Origin: Cyanobacteria bacterium P01_A01_bin.123
GTDB taxonomy: Bacteria > Cyanobacteriota > Cyanobacteriia > Phormidesmidales > Phormidesmidaceae
Direction of reading: 5' to 3'
DNA: 64,000 bases
NCBI GenBank assembly: GCA_039815185.1
Contig: JBCBZT010000002.1
Span: forward strand, 191,891 to 255,890
The position numbers were made by a program, and so were the translations under genes. The notes under the pieces were generated by a model. The model was not told the DNA's origin, ran no database searches, and was given only the letters and a program-made list of their open reading frames with translations. Numbering within the stretch: position 1 is the stretch's first letter; each line of letters begins with the position of its first letter. Of the stretch, positions 52,029 through 62,900 are shown in pieces.

Positions 52029-52979
52029 CTACAACCATTGCGTCATTTGTGCTTGAGTCAAATTACTGCCACACAACGGCGTCCCAATCACCTGCCCAAC
52101 AAACTGATCCTGATAAACCATCGCAGCTGCTAACCCCACAGCCCCAGCAGGCTCCACTACGATTCCCGCAAGCCGATGAATCAATTTCATTGCCGTCAGC
52201 GTTGCGGCATCAGAAACCTGCACAATGTTATCAACGGTGGATTTCATCGCCTTTAATGCTTGCGGCACAGGCAAACGCACCGCGATCCCATCTGAAATCG
52301 TGTCAACCGTTTTAGTCGTCACCATACCCCCCTGCCGCCACGATAAATCCATCGCAGGCGCACCCGCCGCCACTACCCCAATCACTTGGGTCGCTGGATG
52401 ATTGGCTTTGAACCAAGTGCCAATACCGTTAATCAACGCCCCATTGCCAATCGGAATCAACAGCGTCTCAATGGGATTTGGATACCCACTCAATTCCAGC
52501 CCGATTGTGCCTGCCCCGATGGAGACTTCAACCGCGTGTCCATCTTCTACGTAGGGGTAATCCTGAGCTACGGCATAGGCTTTCCCAGCATCTTTGGCAG
52601 CATCAAAATCTGCCCCTGCCAGTTTGACCTCAGCGCCGAGCTGTTGCATCCGTTCCAGCTTCAGCGGATTTGCCGTTTCTGCTGCAAACACGGTGAGTGG
52701 AATGTGGTGTTTGCGGCAAGCATAGGCCATCCCTTGCCCAAAGTTGCCTGCTGACGCGCAGACAAATGCCGATTCGTGGGCGTTTTGCCTCACGAAATAG
52801 TCTGTCCCACGCCCCTTGAAGGAACGAATGGGATTGAGCGTTTCAACTTTGAGCACGAGCCGAGCGTTCAAAACTGCATTGAGCGCATCTAGCTCAAACT
52901 GAGGACTGTTGAGAAAAACGGGATCTATACTTTGAAAGGCGTGGCTAATGGCCTGCTGAGACAGCTCGGGTTTGCTCAT
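52029..52979 (-). CDS. PLP-dependent threonine/serine dehydratase-like enzyme
   Basis: SFKGRG, ASAGNFGQG, PIGNGALI and VEPAGA motifs. Confidence 0.88.
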   Translation of the reverse strand: MSKPELSQQAISHAFQSIDPVFLNSPQFELDALNAVLNARLVLKVETLNPIRSFKGRGTDYFVRQNAHESAFVCASAGNFGQGMAYACRKHHIPLTVFAAETANPLKLERMQQLGAEVKLAGADFDAAKDAGKAYAVAQDYPYVEDGHAVEVSIGAGTIGLELSGYPNPIETLLIPIGNGALINGIGTWFKANHPATQVIGVVAAGAPAMDLSWRQGGMVTTKTVDTISDGIAVRLPVPQALKAMKSTVDNIVQVSDAATLTAMKLIHRLAGIVVEPAGAVGLAAAMVYQDQFVGQVIGTPLCGSNLTQAQMTQWL

Positions 52980-53595
52980 ATTGGGTTGCTTTCCAGTCGT
53001 ATTCCATGTACGTGGCTGTTTCTAAAGCGACCGCTTGGCCCAAGAGTTTTGCCACCAGATAAAAAGCCGCGTCGATTCCTGCTGAGATACCGCCAGAAAA
53101 AATAATTTTGCCGCTGTCCACCACGCGATCGCCCTCGCGAATTTCAGCATTTGGGGCAACTCGCCGTAGATCATCAAAAGCCCCATGGTGGGTTGTTGCG
53201 GCAATATTTTCAGCCAAACCAGCCTTTGCCAAGATTAAGGCACCCGTACAAACCGAGAGCACATGCTCAGTTTGTGGATAGCGCGTGTTGATCCACGCAA
53301 GCAAGGTTTCATTGTGCATTTCCCTACGTGTGCCAAACGGGGTACCATCGGCCCGTTTACCGCCTCCGCCTGGGATAACTAACAAATCGGGTTGCGGGCA
53401 AGTTTCCAGCCTATAGTGGGGATTAACGCTCAATGCATTTCTCGCGGCAATCGGCGTCCGTTCAGCTACGGTGTAAACATTGAACGGATCCGAACCATCC
53501 CGCTTGCCCGTCACTGAAAACACTTCAAACGGCCCGCAAAAATCCAGCACTTCAACGTCATCAAAGATCAGGATCGCGACGTTACGTTGTTTCAT
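52945..53595 (-). CDS. DJ-1/PfpI family protein
   Basis: EVLDFCGPFEVF, SVCTGA and SGGISAGID motifs. Confidence 0.9.
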   Translation of the reverse strand: MKQRNVAILIFDDVEVLDFCGPFEVFSVTGKRDGSDPFNVYTVAERTPIAARNALSVNPHYRLETCPQPDLLVIPGGGGKRADGTPFGTRREMHNETLLAWINTRYPQTEHVLSVCTGALILAKAGLAENIAATTHHGAFDDLRRVAPNAEIREGDRVVDSGKIIFSGGISAGIDAAFYLVAKLLGQAVALETATYMEYDWKATQYEQTRAVSAGH

Positions 53596-53645
53596 CAGAG
53601 CTCCTTACTTCCTCAACGCTAGGGGAATCAACTTGAAATCTCTGC

Positions 53646-54185
53646 TCAGGAAACGCTTACTCGGTTTGCAAGACTTGAGCGATCGTAATCAGTAAAAACC
53701 TGCTGATTCCGCAACGCAAAGGATGTGGCGTCGATCGCTTTGGAAACCGCCAGAATGCCATCCAGATGATCGGCCTCATGCAGCAACAATTCAGATAAAT
53801 CCCGATCGAGAGCCATACTTTGCGATTGCCAGGTCATATCGCGATAAACAATCCGGCAAGACTGGTGTCGTCGTACCTTAACCAAGAGTTCTGGAAAACT
53901 CATGCAGTCATCCCAAACCTCAAACATTGCTTCACTCTGATCCTCAAAAACGGGATTGATGAAAACAACGGGTCGATCGATGTGCATATAAATGAGTCGC
54001 TTCATCACCCCGATTTGCGGAGCCGCGATCGCCCGTCCAGCCCCCCACTGTTTACGAAACGCCATCAGGGTATCGTGGAGATCGACCACGACAGCTTGGA
54101 GTGACTCAAGCTCTGATTCAGTCACCACTCCACTAACCTGATAAAGCTGAGGATTGCCTAATAGCAATATGTCGCGGACTGCCAT
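53646..54185 (-). CDS. Peptide deformylase-like protein (atypical motifs)
   Basis: AIAAPQIG, DDCMS and HEADHLDG motifs. Confidence 0.85.
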   Translation of the reverse strand: MAVRDILLLGNPQLYQVSGVVTESELESLQAVVVDLHDTLMAFRKQWGAGRAIAAPQIGVMKRLIYMHIDRPVVFINPVFEDQSEAMFEVWDDCMSFPELLVKVRRHQSCRIVYRDMTWQSQSMALDRDLSELLLHEADHLDGILAVSKAIDATSFALRNQQVFTDYDRSSLANRVSVS

Positions 54186-54187
54186 GC

Positions 54188-54850
54188 TTAGCCTCCTAAG
54201 TGTCTTAAACGGTCGATAGACGCTTGCCAATTGCTGGCTAGCGCTTGCTTTGCGGCTTCAAAATCTTTAGCTTCAAGGGCCTTAATCAGGCTTTGATGTT
54301 CTGCAAAAGACGCCATTAGCAAATCAGCATGGCCGAAATAAGCCAGCTCAATGCGCTGATACTTGACCTTGAGCTGCCCCAGCATATTGCTCAGTTCGGG
54401 ATTATCAGCCGCAGTCACAAACACCTGGTGAAACGCATCATCAGCTTGCACAGCAGCATGGGCATCGTGGCTGCCTAGCGCTGCTTTCAGGTGATCGTTA
54501 GCGTCTTGCATCTGCTGAACGGAGTGCGCCGACAGTTTAGGAAACGCCAATGACAACGCCAACTCTTCTAGCTTTTGAATAATCGGGTAAATCTGTTCCG
54601 CATCCCTCAACGTAATCGGGGCGACTCGCGTCCAACGATTGGCGGCGGTTTCGACTAAGCCCTCATCTTCAAGTTTGCGTAAGGCTTCTCGAACGGGGGT
54701 GCGACTGACACCTAACTGCGCCGCTAGCGTTTTATCGTTCAGCTTCTCACCGGGCTCCAGCGCACCCCTGACGATCCAGCCCTGCAATGACTCGTAGACG
54801 TGATCGCGAATGAAGGTGCGGTTGAGTGTTGTTGTGGGGGGGATTGGCAA
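54188..54850 (-). CDS. GntR/FCD family regulator
   Basis: LGVSRTPVREAL HTH and DDAFH FCD motif. Confidence 0.92.
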   Translation of the reverse strand: MPIPPTTTLNRTFIRDHVYESLQGWIVRGALEPGEKLNDKTLAAQLGVSRTPVREALRKLEDEGLVETAANRWTRVAPITLRDAEQIYPIIQKLEELALSLAFPKLSAHSVQQMQDANDHLKAALGSHDAHAAVQADDAFHQVFVTAADNPELSNMLGQLKVKYQRIELAYFGHADLLMASFAEHQSLIKALEAKDFEAAKQALASNWQASIDRLRHLGG

Positions 54851-54874
54851 AAGGAGGGCTTAGTAGTTGATTAG

Positions 54875-54893
54875 CTGATATGTAATATATCAG
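54875..54893. promoter_or_regulatory. Putative GntR operator
   Basis: Perfect CTGATAT-N5-ATATCAG about 25 bp upstream of the GntR start. Confidence 0.6.
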
Positions 54894-55049
54894 TTTTGCT
54901 TGATCGCAATCTGAAAAATTTCTGAGCAGTCGCCCTCAGCTGACGGCCAAACCAGACACCCCAGCAATTTTGGAGAGACAAATCGGCGTTGCTAATTGTG
55001 AGTGCAGCCAATCACTCAGCCAATTTCAGAGTGTAGGCTGCGAGAGTGT

Positions 55050-55063
55050 AGTTCCGATGTTCT
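55050..55063 (+). promoter_or_regulatory. Candidate cyanobacterial LexA box before uvrA
   Basis: AGTTC-CGA-TGTTCT, one mismatch to RGTAC-N3-DGTWCB, abutting TATGAT. Confidence 0.4.
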
Positions 55064-55157
55064 ATGATTGGGAGATAACGTGTGCTGCAAGTTTGGGAAA
55101 GCAGGAAGCACGTTAATATTATGAAGAAATGTATTTGGCACGTCCCCAGCAGTCCCT

Positions 55158-58100
55158 ATGTCCCAATACGATTCAACGCTCGATGGTTCTCTGACATCCG
55201 CGATAGTCGGGCCAAATGCGGTTGATGGACAATTGAATGGGCACCGTCCCGGCACTATCCTCAGTAGTGCAGAAGAAGACAACGTGATTCGGGTGCGGGG
55301 GGCACGACAGCACAACCTCAAAAATGTTGACCTGGAGTTACCCCGCAATCAGTTGATTGTGTTTACTGGGGTATCTGGCTCGGGTAAGTCCTCCCTGGCC
55401 TTTGACACCATCTTCGCAGAAGGGCAACGGCGCTATGTCGAATCCCTGAGTGCCTATGCCCGTCAGTTTTTGGGACAGGTGGATAAGCCCGATGTCGACG
55501 CCATTGAAGGGCTGAGTCCGGCGATTTCCATCGATCAAAAATCGACCTCCCACAACCCCCGCTCCACCGTGGGTACGGTGACCGAAATTTACGACTATCT
55601 GCGCCTGCTGTTTGGCCGTGCGGGAGAGCCCCACTGCCCCCACTGCGATCGCTCCATTGCCCCCCAAAGCATCGATCAGATGATCGATCAGGTGATGGCA
55701 CTGCCCGATCGGACTCGTTTTCAGCTACTGGCTCCGGTGGTGCGGGGCAAAAAGGGCACCCACAAAAAGCTGTTGTCTAGCCTGGCTGCCGAGGGATTTG
55801 TGCGGGTGCGGGTTAATGGCGATGTGATTGACCTAAGCGATAACATCGACCTCGACAAAAATCACACCCACGATATTGAGGTGGTAGTAGACCGCTTGGT
55901 GAAAAAGGACGGGATGCGGGAGCGTCTTGCCGATTCTCTAGCGACCTGCCTCAAACGCTCAGAAGGGGTCGCGATCATCGATATGGTCGAGCCCGTCACT
56001 AATGCAAGCCCGAGTGACGGGGCCCAAGCTTCAGACAACGTAATAGCCCTCTCTGATCGACTACCCCGCGCGGCTGAAGCCGAAGCGGCCTACGGCAGTG
56101 ACAAGCCCAAAGATCTGGTATTTTCAGAAAACTTTGCCTGCCCGGAACACGGGGCGGTGATGGAAGAACTGTCTCCCCGCTTATTTTCGTTTAATTCTCC
56201 CTATGGGGCTTGTCCCAACTGCCACGGGTTGGGGAGCCTGCGCACGTTTGCGGCTGAGTTGGTGGTGCCTGATCCAACGGTGCCGGTTTATGCGGCGATC
56301 GCGCCCTGGTCAGAAAAAGACAATACTTACTATTTCTCGTTGCTTTACAGCGTGGGGCAAGCCTTTGGCTTTGAGATTCAAACCCCGTGGGAGAAGCTCA
56401 CTGACGAGCAACGCCACGTGATTCTCCACGGCACCGAGGAGAAGATCTACATTGAAACCGATTCACGCTATCGCGATCGCAAGGGATACAACCGCCGCTA
56501 CGAAGGGGTGTTGCCCATGCTGGATCGGCAATATCGAGAGGCCTCTTCTGATGCCTACAAGCAAAAGCTAGAAAAATACTTGGTGAATCAAACCTGCGAA
56601 GTGTGCCACGGCAGTCGGCTTAAACCCGAAACGCTGGCGGTACGTATGGGACCTTACAACGTTATCGATTTCACCAGTACCTCGATTCGCGATTGCCTAA
56701 ATCGAGTCAAAGAACTAGTGGGTGATGAGGCGCGATCGCCCCTACTCTCGCCCCGTCAGATGAAAATCGGCGAGTTGGTGTTGAAAGAAATTCGGGCGCG
56801 GCTCCAGTTTTTGTTAGATGTCGGGCTCGATTACCTCACCCTCGATCGCACTGCCATGACCCTCTCGGGTGGCGAAGCCCAACGCATTCGGCTGGCGACT
56901 CAAATCGGGTCGGGTTTGACGGGGGTGCTATATGTCTTGGATGAACCCAGTATTGGCTTACATCAACGCGACAACGATCGGCTACTGGCAACCCTACGCA
57001 AGCTCAAAGGTTTGGGCAATACGCTGATCGTGGTAGAGCACGACGAAGATACCATCTATGCTGCCGATCATTTAGTCGATATTGGGCCTGGAGCCGGTGT
57101 GCACGGTGGCAATATCGTCGTTAACGGTCATCTGCAAGATTTGTTGAACTCCGAAGATTCTCTCACCGGAGCCTATTTGTCTGGGCGGCGCACCATCCAT
57201 ACGCCAACAGAACGGCGTGAGGGTAACGGTCGCAGCCTAAAAATTCGCAACGCCCACCGCAACAACCTGAAAGACCTGAGCGTTGAGATTCCCCTCGGCA
57301 AGCTCGTGTGCATCACGGGTGTGTCTGGGTCAGGTAAATCGACGTTGATTAACGATTTGCTCTATCCGGCTTTGCAGCATCATTTTGGCCGCAAAGTGCC
57401 CCAACCCAAAGAAGTTGATGAAGTGAAAGGGTTAAAAGCGCTAGACAAGGCCATCGTCATCGACCAGTCTCCCATTGGCCGCACGCCGCGATCGAACCCG
57501 GCGACCTATACGGGGGTATTCGATGTGATTCGGGATCTGTTTGCCGAAACCATTGAAGCCAAAGCCCGAGGTTACCGTCCGGGGCAGTTTTCATTCAACG
57601 TTAAGGGGGGGCGTTGTGAAGCCTGCGGGGGCCAGGGCGTCAACGTGATTGAGATGAACTTTTTGCCCGATGTGTATGTGCAGTGCGAGGTTTGCAAAGG
57701 CGCTCGCTACAACCGTGAAACCCTCCAGGTGAAATACAAGGGCAAAACCATCTCTGATGTGCTCAACATGACTGCTGAGGAAGCCCTGGACTTTTTCCAA
57801 AACATTCCTAAAGCATCGATCCGGCTCCAAACCATGGTGGATGTGGGGTTGGGCTATGTGCGTCTGGGCCAAACTGCACCTACCCTCTCTGGGGGAGAGG
57901 CCCAGCGGATGAAGCTGGCTTCGGAGCTGGCCCGACGGTCTACGGGTAAAACGTTGTATCTGATTGATGAGCCGACGACCGGGCTCTCGTTTTACGACGT
58001 GCATAAATTGCTAGACGTGGTGCAGCGGCTGGTGGATAAGGGCAACTCGGTGATCACGATTGAACATAATCTCGATGTGATCCGCTGTTCTGATTGGATT

Positions 58101-58241
58101 ATTGATTTAGGGCCAGAAGGGGGCGATCGCGGGGGTGAAGTTATCGCTCAGGGGACGCCAGAGGATGTGGCTAAGGTCGAAAAATCTTACACGGGTCATT
58201 ATCTAGAGCGGGTTTTGGCCAAGCATCCGGTTGAAAAATAG
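55158..58241 (+). CDS. uvrA: Excinuclease ABC subunit A
   Basis: Two GVSGSGKS Walker A motifs, two LSGGEAQR motifs and Zn fingers. Confidence 0.98.
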   Translation: MSQYDSTLDGSLTSAIVGPNAVDGQLNGHRPGTILSSAEEDNVIRVRGARQHNLKNVDLELPRNQLIVFTGVSGSGKSSLAFDTIFAEGQRRYVESLSAYARQFLGQVDKPDVDAIEGLSPAISIDQKSTSHNPRSTVGTVTEIYDYLRLLFGRAGEPHCPHCDRSIAPQSIDQMIDQVMALPDRTRFQLLAPVVRGKKGTHKKLLSSLAAEGFVRVRVNGDVIDLSDNIDLDKNHTHDIEVVVDRLVKKDGMRERLADSLATCLKRSEGVAIIDMVEPVTNASPSDGAQASDNVIALSDRLPRAAEAEAAYGSDKPKDLVFSENFACPEHGAVMEELSPRLFSFNSPYGACPNCHGLGSLRTFAAELVVPDPTVPVYAAIAPWSEKDNTYYFSLLYSVGQAFGFEIQTPWEKLTDEQRHVILHGTEEKIYIETDSRYRDRKGYNRRYEGVLPMLDRQYREASSDAYKQKLEKYLVNQTCEVCHGSRLKPETLAVRMGPYNVIDFTSTSIRDCLNRVKELVGDEARSPLLSPRQMKIGELVLKEIRARLQFLLDVGLDYLTLDRTAMTLSGGEAQRIRLATQIGSGLTGVLYVLDEPSIGLHQRDNDRLLATLRKLKGLGNTLIVVEHDEDTIYAADHLVDIGPGAGVHGGNIVVNGHLQDLLNSEDSLTGAYLSGRRTIHTPTERREGNGRSLKIRNAHRNNLKDLSVEIPLGKLVCITGVSGSGKSTLINDLLYPALQHHFGRKVPQPKEVDEVKGLKALDKAIVIDQSPIGRTPRSNPATYTGVFDVIRDLFAETIEAKARGYRPGQFSFNVKGGRCEACGGQGVNVIEMNFLPDVYVQCEVCKGARYNRETLQVKYKGKTISDVLNMTAEEALDFFQNIPKASIRLQTMVDVGLGYVRLGQTAPTLSGGEAQRMKLASELARRSTGKTLYLIDEPTTGLSFYDVHKLLDVVQRLVDKGNSVITIEHNLDVIRCSDWIIDLGPEGGDRGGEVIAQGTPEDVAKVEKSYTGHYLERVLAKHPVEK

Positions 58242-58267
58242 TATTTTGAGAAGAAGGGGAATAATTA

Positions 58268-58912
58268 ATGGCTCAAGTGGTTGCCATTACAGATGCGGTC
58301 AAAACTTTAGCAGAAGTAGAGCAACGCTTTAGCCTGACGCAACGCAATGAACCTGACTTTTTCTTAGAATGGCAGCAAGATTTGCCTACCCTCACGCCTG
58401 TACAACAGGCCGGATTAGATGTCATGCATCGCCGTTTACGCTATCACCGGGCGGTTGGCGATCTGCTAGAAGGTGCGGTTACCCTGTTAGTTGCTTCACC
58501 GCTATTAGATATTGCCGGATTTTATGATCCCCCGTTTCGTCTCAAAGCAGAAGCTGCCGTTGAAATTGCTGTTGATGATGGTGAGGAAATACTACGCGGC
58601 AGAATTGATATTTTGATTCTGCAACAACAGCTTTGGGTATTAGTTTTAGAAGCTAAGAAAACAACCATTTCACTGCGATCGGCTTTACCCCAGGCGATCG
58701 CATATATGATGGCCAACATTACCCCTGAACGTCCTTTATTTGGCATGTTAACCAACGGCGATGAGCTAGTCTTCATCAAGCTAATTGCCGAACCCAAAGC
58801 TGAATATTCGCTTTCCAGGGCATTTTCACTTTATACGCTGCCCAGTGAATTAACAGTAGCGATGCAGGTTTTGACCCACATGGGGCAGCAAATGATCAGC
58901 ACGGGGTCTTAA
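58268..58912 (+). CDS. Stand-alone HsdR N-terminal-like PD-(D/E)xK protein
   Basis: GRIDIL...VLEAKK, ALPQAIAYM and TNGDE motifs. Confidence 0.78.
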   Translation: MAQVVAITDAVKTLAEVEQRFSLTQRNEPDFFLEWQQDLPTLTPVQQAGLDVMHRRLRYHRAVGDLLEGAVTLLVASPLLDIAGFYDPPFRLKAEAAVEIAVDDGEEILRGRIDILILQQQLWVLVLEAKKTTISLRSALPQAIAYMMANITPERPLFGMLTNGDELVFIKLIAEPKAEYSLSRAFSLYTLPSELTVAMQVLTHMGQQMISTGS

Positions 58913-58983
58913 ACCACATCCGATTTGAAACCTAGAGTTTTAGCTTACGGAAAAACTATGGATCTGGATGTGGACACGGTTTA
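58910..58983. repeat. ~74-bp dispersed hairpin repeat, copy 4 (reverse orientation)
   Basis: TAAACCACATCCGAT...ATCTGGATGTGGACACGGTTTA; its first TAA is the stop codon of the upstream gene. Confidence 0.85.
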
Positions 58984-59071
58984 AAGTCATCCTTGCAACT
59001 GGGTGCTTTTGCAGCTAAAGGCTATAACAGTAGGCAGGGATGTCGGTGCTGTGATTTTAGTGACTCGGTGA

Positions 59072-59920
59072 ATGGGTGATCGCCTGCTGGATATCATTCA
59101 ACGCATGGCTTCGGGAGAGTCCTCTGAAGCAGATATGGCGGTGCTGCGAGAGTTGCTAGCAAGCGGAGATGCGCGATCGCTGTCGCAATTAGGCAAGTAC
59201 AACGTCCACATTGGGGAAGGACGGGATATTCACGTTGGCGATCGCGTTTATTACCAATGGAATGATGAGGCGATTAAGGCGTTGATCCAAGAGTTGCGCA
59301 AGCAACAGGTCATCCCTGAGCAGATGTCTCAGTACCTGAAGTCTGAAGAGGCTTGTCAGAATCGCCAAGCCGTTGAGCAATATCTCACGTCGACACTCCA
59401 AAAACTTAGGCAGCATGGCTGCTTAGATATTCGTCAAGATATTGCACAGGGAAGTGAAACGTTTAGTCATGCTGCGCGCATTCAAGACTTTGAGCTACCG
59501 TTTGGCCCTATTAGTATGCGGGGGGAAGCGTTTTTTATCTTCTCGGAATTTAGTGCAATCCAGATGAATCTGCTGCGACAGTTTTCGGGACAGGCGCTGC
59601 AGTGGGCCAAAAAACAGACCGAGCCGGGTGCCGTCGGCCAAGCAATCTTTAATTTCCGGGTGCCGACCCATCTCTGTTTTGCTCTGGCGCTTGTGGATGA
59701 TGTGGATGAAGCTATGAAAGATGCTGTTCGTAGCACGAACCCACTCGACCATAAGGTCGATTTGCTGTGGTACGAAGTGCCTTTGATCTATGAGCTCAGC
59801 CAAGCGAAGCTATATTTCTACGATCAACCTGCCGGATTTTTGGAAAATTTCAAGGGAGAGATTGCTTGGCAGCAATTGCGAAGCGTGATTCAAAAACTGC
59901 TGTCTCCATCTGCTAGTTAA
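59072..59920 (+). CDS. EAD10-like N-terminal module plus an unknown alpha/beta domain
   Basis: First ~75 aa are homologous to the N-terminus of the next gene (IIQR.AS...EAD...LR...GKYNVHIGEG.DIHVGDR). Confidence 0.8.
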   Translation: MGDRLLDIIQRMASGESSEADMAVLRELLASGDARSLSQLGKYNVHIGEGRDIHVGDRVYYQWNDEAIKALIQELRKQQVIPEQMSQYLKSEEACQNRQAVEQYLTSTLQKLRQHGCLDIRQDIAQGSETFSHAARIQDFELPFGPISMRGEAFFIFSEFSAIQMNLLRQFSGQALQWAKKQTEPGAVGQAIFNFRVPTHLCFALALVDDVDEAMKDAVRSTNPLDHKVDLLWYEVPLIYELSQAKLYFYDQPAGFLENFKGEIAWQQLRSVIQKLLSPSAS

Positions 59921-59938
59921 CACTGTTTTGGTCAATTG

Positions 59939-62900
59939 ATGCGCGATTTACTGCTCAGTATCATCCAGCGAATTGCCTCAAGTGATGGGTCTGAGGCAGA
60001 TTTTGAAGCGCTGCGGCAGGCGCTTCGCAGTGATGAGGGGCGATCGTTGCTGCAAGAGGGTAAGTACAACGTCCACATTGGGGAAGGACAGGATATTCAT
60101 GTTGGCGATCGCACCTATATCGAAATTAATGATGAGGCAATCAGAGCGATCGCGGCGGAGATTCAGCGGCGATCGCGGGAGGTGGATCGCCTAAGTTTGG
60201 AGCAGTTGGACTTTCAGGTTTATTTGCGATCGCTGGTTGAGACTTACCAGGAATGGTGGCAGCGCTATACGCTGACGGAGGCGATTGGGCGATCGCAGCA
60301 AAAAGAGGAGAAGACAGAGTGCGATCGCCCGGTTTTTGATTTTGGGCTGGTGGTGCAGACGGTTCAGAAAGAGACAGAGACTTCTGAAGCGGGGCGACCA
60401 GAAGAACAGGACAAAGACAAAATTGAGCGGTTACCAGTGCTGGAGGGAATTCGTAAGTACGCGGATGACCATGTGTTGCTAATGGGGCGACCGGGTTCGG
60501 GCAAATCGACGGCGTTGATTCGGTTGTTGCTGGAAGTGGCGGCCCTCACCCCCAACCCCTCTCCCAAGCTTGGGAGAGGGGAGCTGGAGTGGATTCCTGT
60601 TTTGGTGGAGCTGCGCTACTGGGAATCATCGATTTTGGGGCGGATTCGGGCGTTTTTGTGTAAGCACGACCCGAATCTGATGCTGGATGATGAGACGCTG
60701 AAAACGCTGCTGCGCCAGGGACGTTTTTTGCTGTTGATCGATGGCTTGAATGAGTTGCCCTCGGAAGCAGCGCGGCGGGATGTGGCTCGGTTTGAGAAAG
60801 ATTTTTCCCAAGCACCGATGATTTTCACCACCCGTGAGTTGAGTTTGGGGGGTGAATTGGGGTTGGGCAAAAAGCTGGAAATGCAGCCCCTGACGGAAGC
60901 CCAGATCCGACAGTTTGTAAGCAACTATTTGGGCCAGGAACGGAGTGAAAAGCTGTTGGGGCAATTGCAGAATCGCTTGCGGGAACTGGGGCAAACGCCG
61001 TTATTGCTGGCGATGCTCTGCTCAATTTTTACGTCTGAGCAGGCGCTGCCGACAAACTTGGGGGAGGTGTTTCGGCAGTTTACCCAGTTTTATGAGCAGC
61101 GACTCAAAGGGGACGTGCCAGACCCCTATGAGCATCGGGATGATTGGGCCAAGCTCTTACAGTGCCTTGCCTTTGCCATGATGCAGGGGCCAGATCCGCA
61201 GCAGAAGCCAACGGAGCTGAGCGTTGCGATTCCTCAAGACCAAGCGGAACGGGTGCTGACGGACTTTTTGCGAGAGCGGGAGCCATATCCGGCAAAGGTG
61301 GCGGAACGGTGTTTGAGGGATTTGCTAAAGCATCACCTGATTCAGACCAATGGGGAGCAGATTGAGTTTCGCCATCAGATGATTCAGGAATATTACGCAG
61401 CGGAATATTTGCTGCGGCTTTTGCCGGAGCTAAGCGATGATCAACTAAAGCAGGCTTACCTCAACTATTTGAAGTGGACGGAATCTATTGCCTTGATGCT
61501 GGCTTTGGAGACAAGAGAAGAACAAGCGTTACATGTGGTGAAGCTGGCGATCGATGTCGATTTTATTTTAGGGGCAAAGTTAGCTGGAGCAGTTCAATTA
61601 GATTTACAACTTAAAAGTATTGCTATCTTAAATAGTTTAAAGCTTCTTAGAGAGAGGAAGCTTTTTCTTATGAAGCGAAATTATTCTGTGGAATTGCCTA
61701 AGTGGTTGAGGATTCAGCTTTTAGAAGAAACGAAATCTGCAGAATCTTTTTCTGTGCTGAGGAAATTCTTACAAGATTCAGAACCCTTGATTCGTATTTC
61801 TGCCGCTCGTGCATTGGGAAGGTTGGGTGATAAGGGTGCTGAACCACAGCTAATAGAGCTCCAACGAGATCCTAATCATAATGTTCGACAGGTTGCAGAA
61901 TCTGAATTATGGAGAATTGAGAGTGAGGTAGTTCTTCCTCAAAAAGCCTTTGAAGACATGTCAAAGCTTTTGACTTTAAAATCAAAAGCCAATAAGAATT
62001 TTCTCAAAAATCCAGATGATCAGATTCAGAATGGGAAAAACCAATGGATTTTGGATTTGAAAGGGGCTCTTCAGAGCTCTGAAGCAATAACTCGTCGTTA
62101 CGCAGTGTATGAAATCGATAGACAAAGATTCAGTGAAGTAGTTCCGGAACTTCTGGAAATGACAGATGATCCAGATATTGAAGTTCGCAGACAGATTGCT
62201 ATAGCTATTGGAAACTTATGTGATAGTAGCTTTGCTCCAAAGCTATTAGAGATGTTAGATGACTCTGATATAAATGTTCTAGTTAATGCTTGCGAGGCCT
62301 TGGGAAAGCTAGGAAACAAAATAGCTACTCCAAACTTGATCAAGATTTTAGAAGAAAATCCTGACTTCTGGGTAAGGAGGCACATAGTAAAGGTACTTGG
62401 AAATCTTGCTGATCAGAGAGCAGTACCTCATCTAATTACATGTCTTCATAAGGATGAATCACCCCGAGTTCGTTGGCAAGCCGCTATTGCACTAGCCAAT
62501 CTAGAAATTTATGAAGCAGTTCCTACTTTAAAGGAAGGCCTTAACAATCTTGATAGCGATATGCGTGTGGACGCTATTAAGGCCCTGTCAAACTTTCAAT
62601 CTCTAGAAGTTCAGAGACTTGCTTTACATACTCTTAAAGATCTAGATCTAGATTTAGTTGTTAGAAGCTTTTCAGAGGATCTTCTAATCAAAATTGGAGA
62701 TAAAAGGATTGTTCCAAGCATAATCGATTTAATTCTAAATTCAAACCCTGATGTTAGCTGGAGCGCAGTAAAAGTACTAAGAAAACTAGATGTTTCACTT
62801 ACGACTAAATTTCTACCCAGACTCAGACAGCTTTTACACTTAAATATAGGTGAGCAGGCATTTAATCTGTCTAGAAGCATCCAATCAAGCTGCAAGTTCT

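Noticed and set aside
3838..58983. The ~74-bp repeat as a CRISPR repeat or attC site
   Set aside because: Copies are dispersed without spacers, no cas or intI gene is present, and the ends do not fit the attC core consensus.
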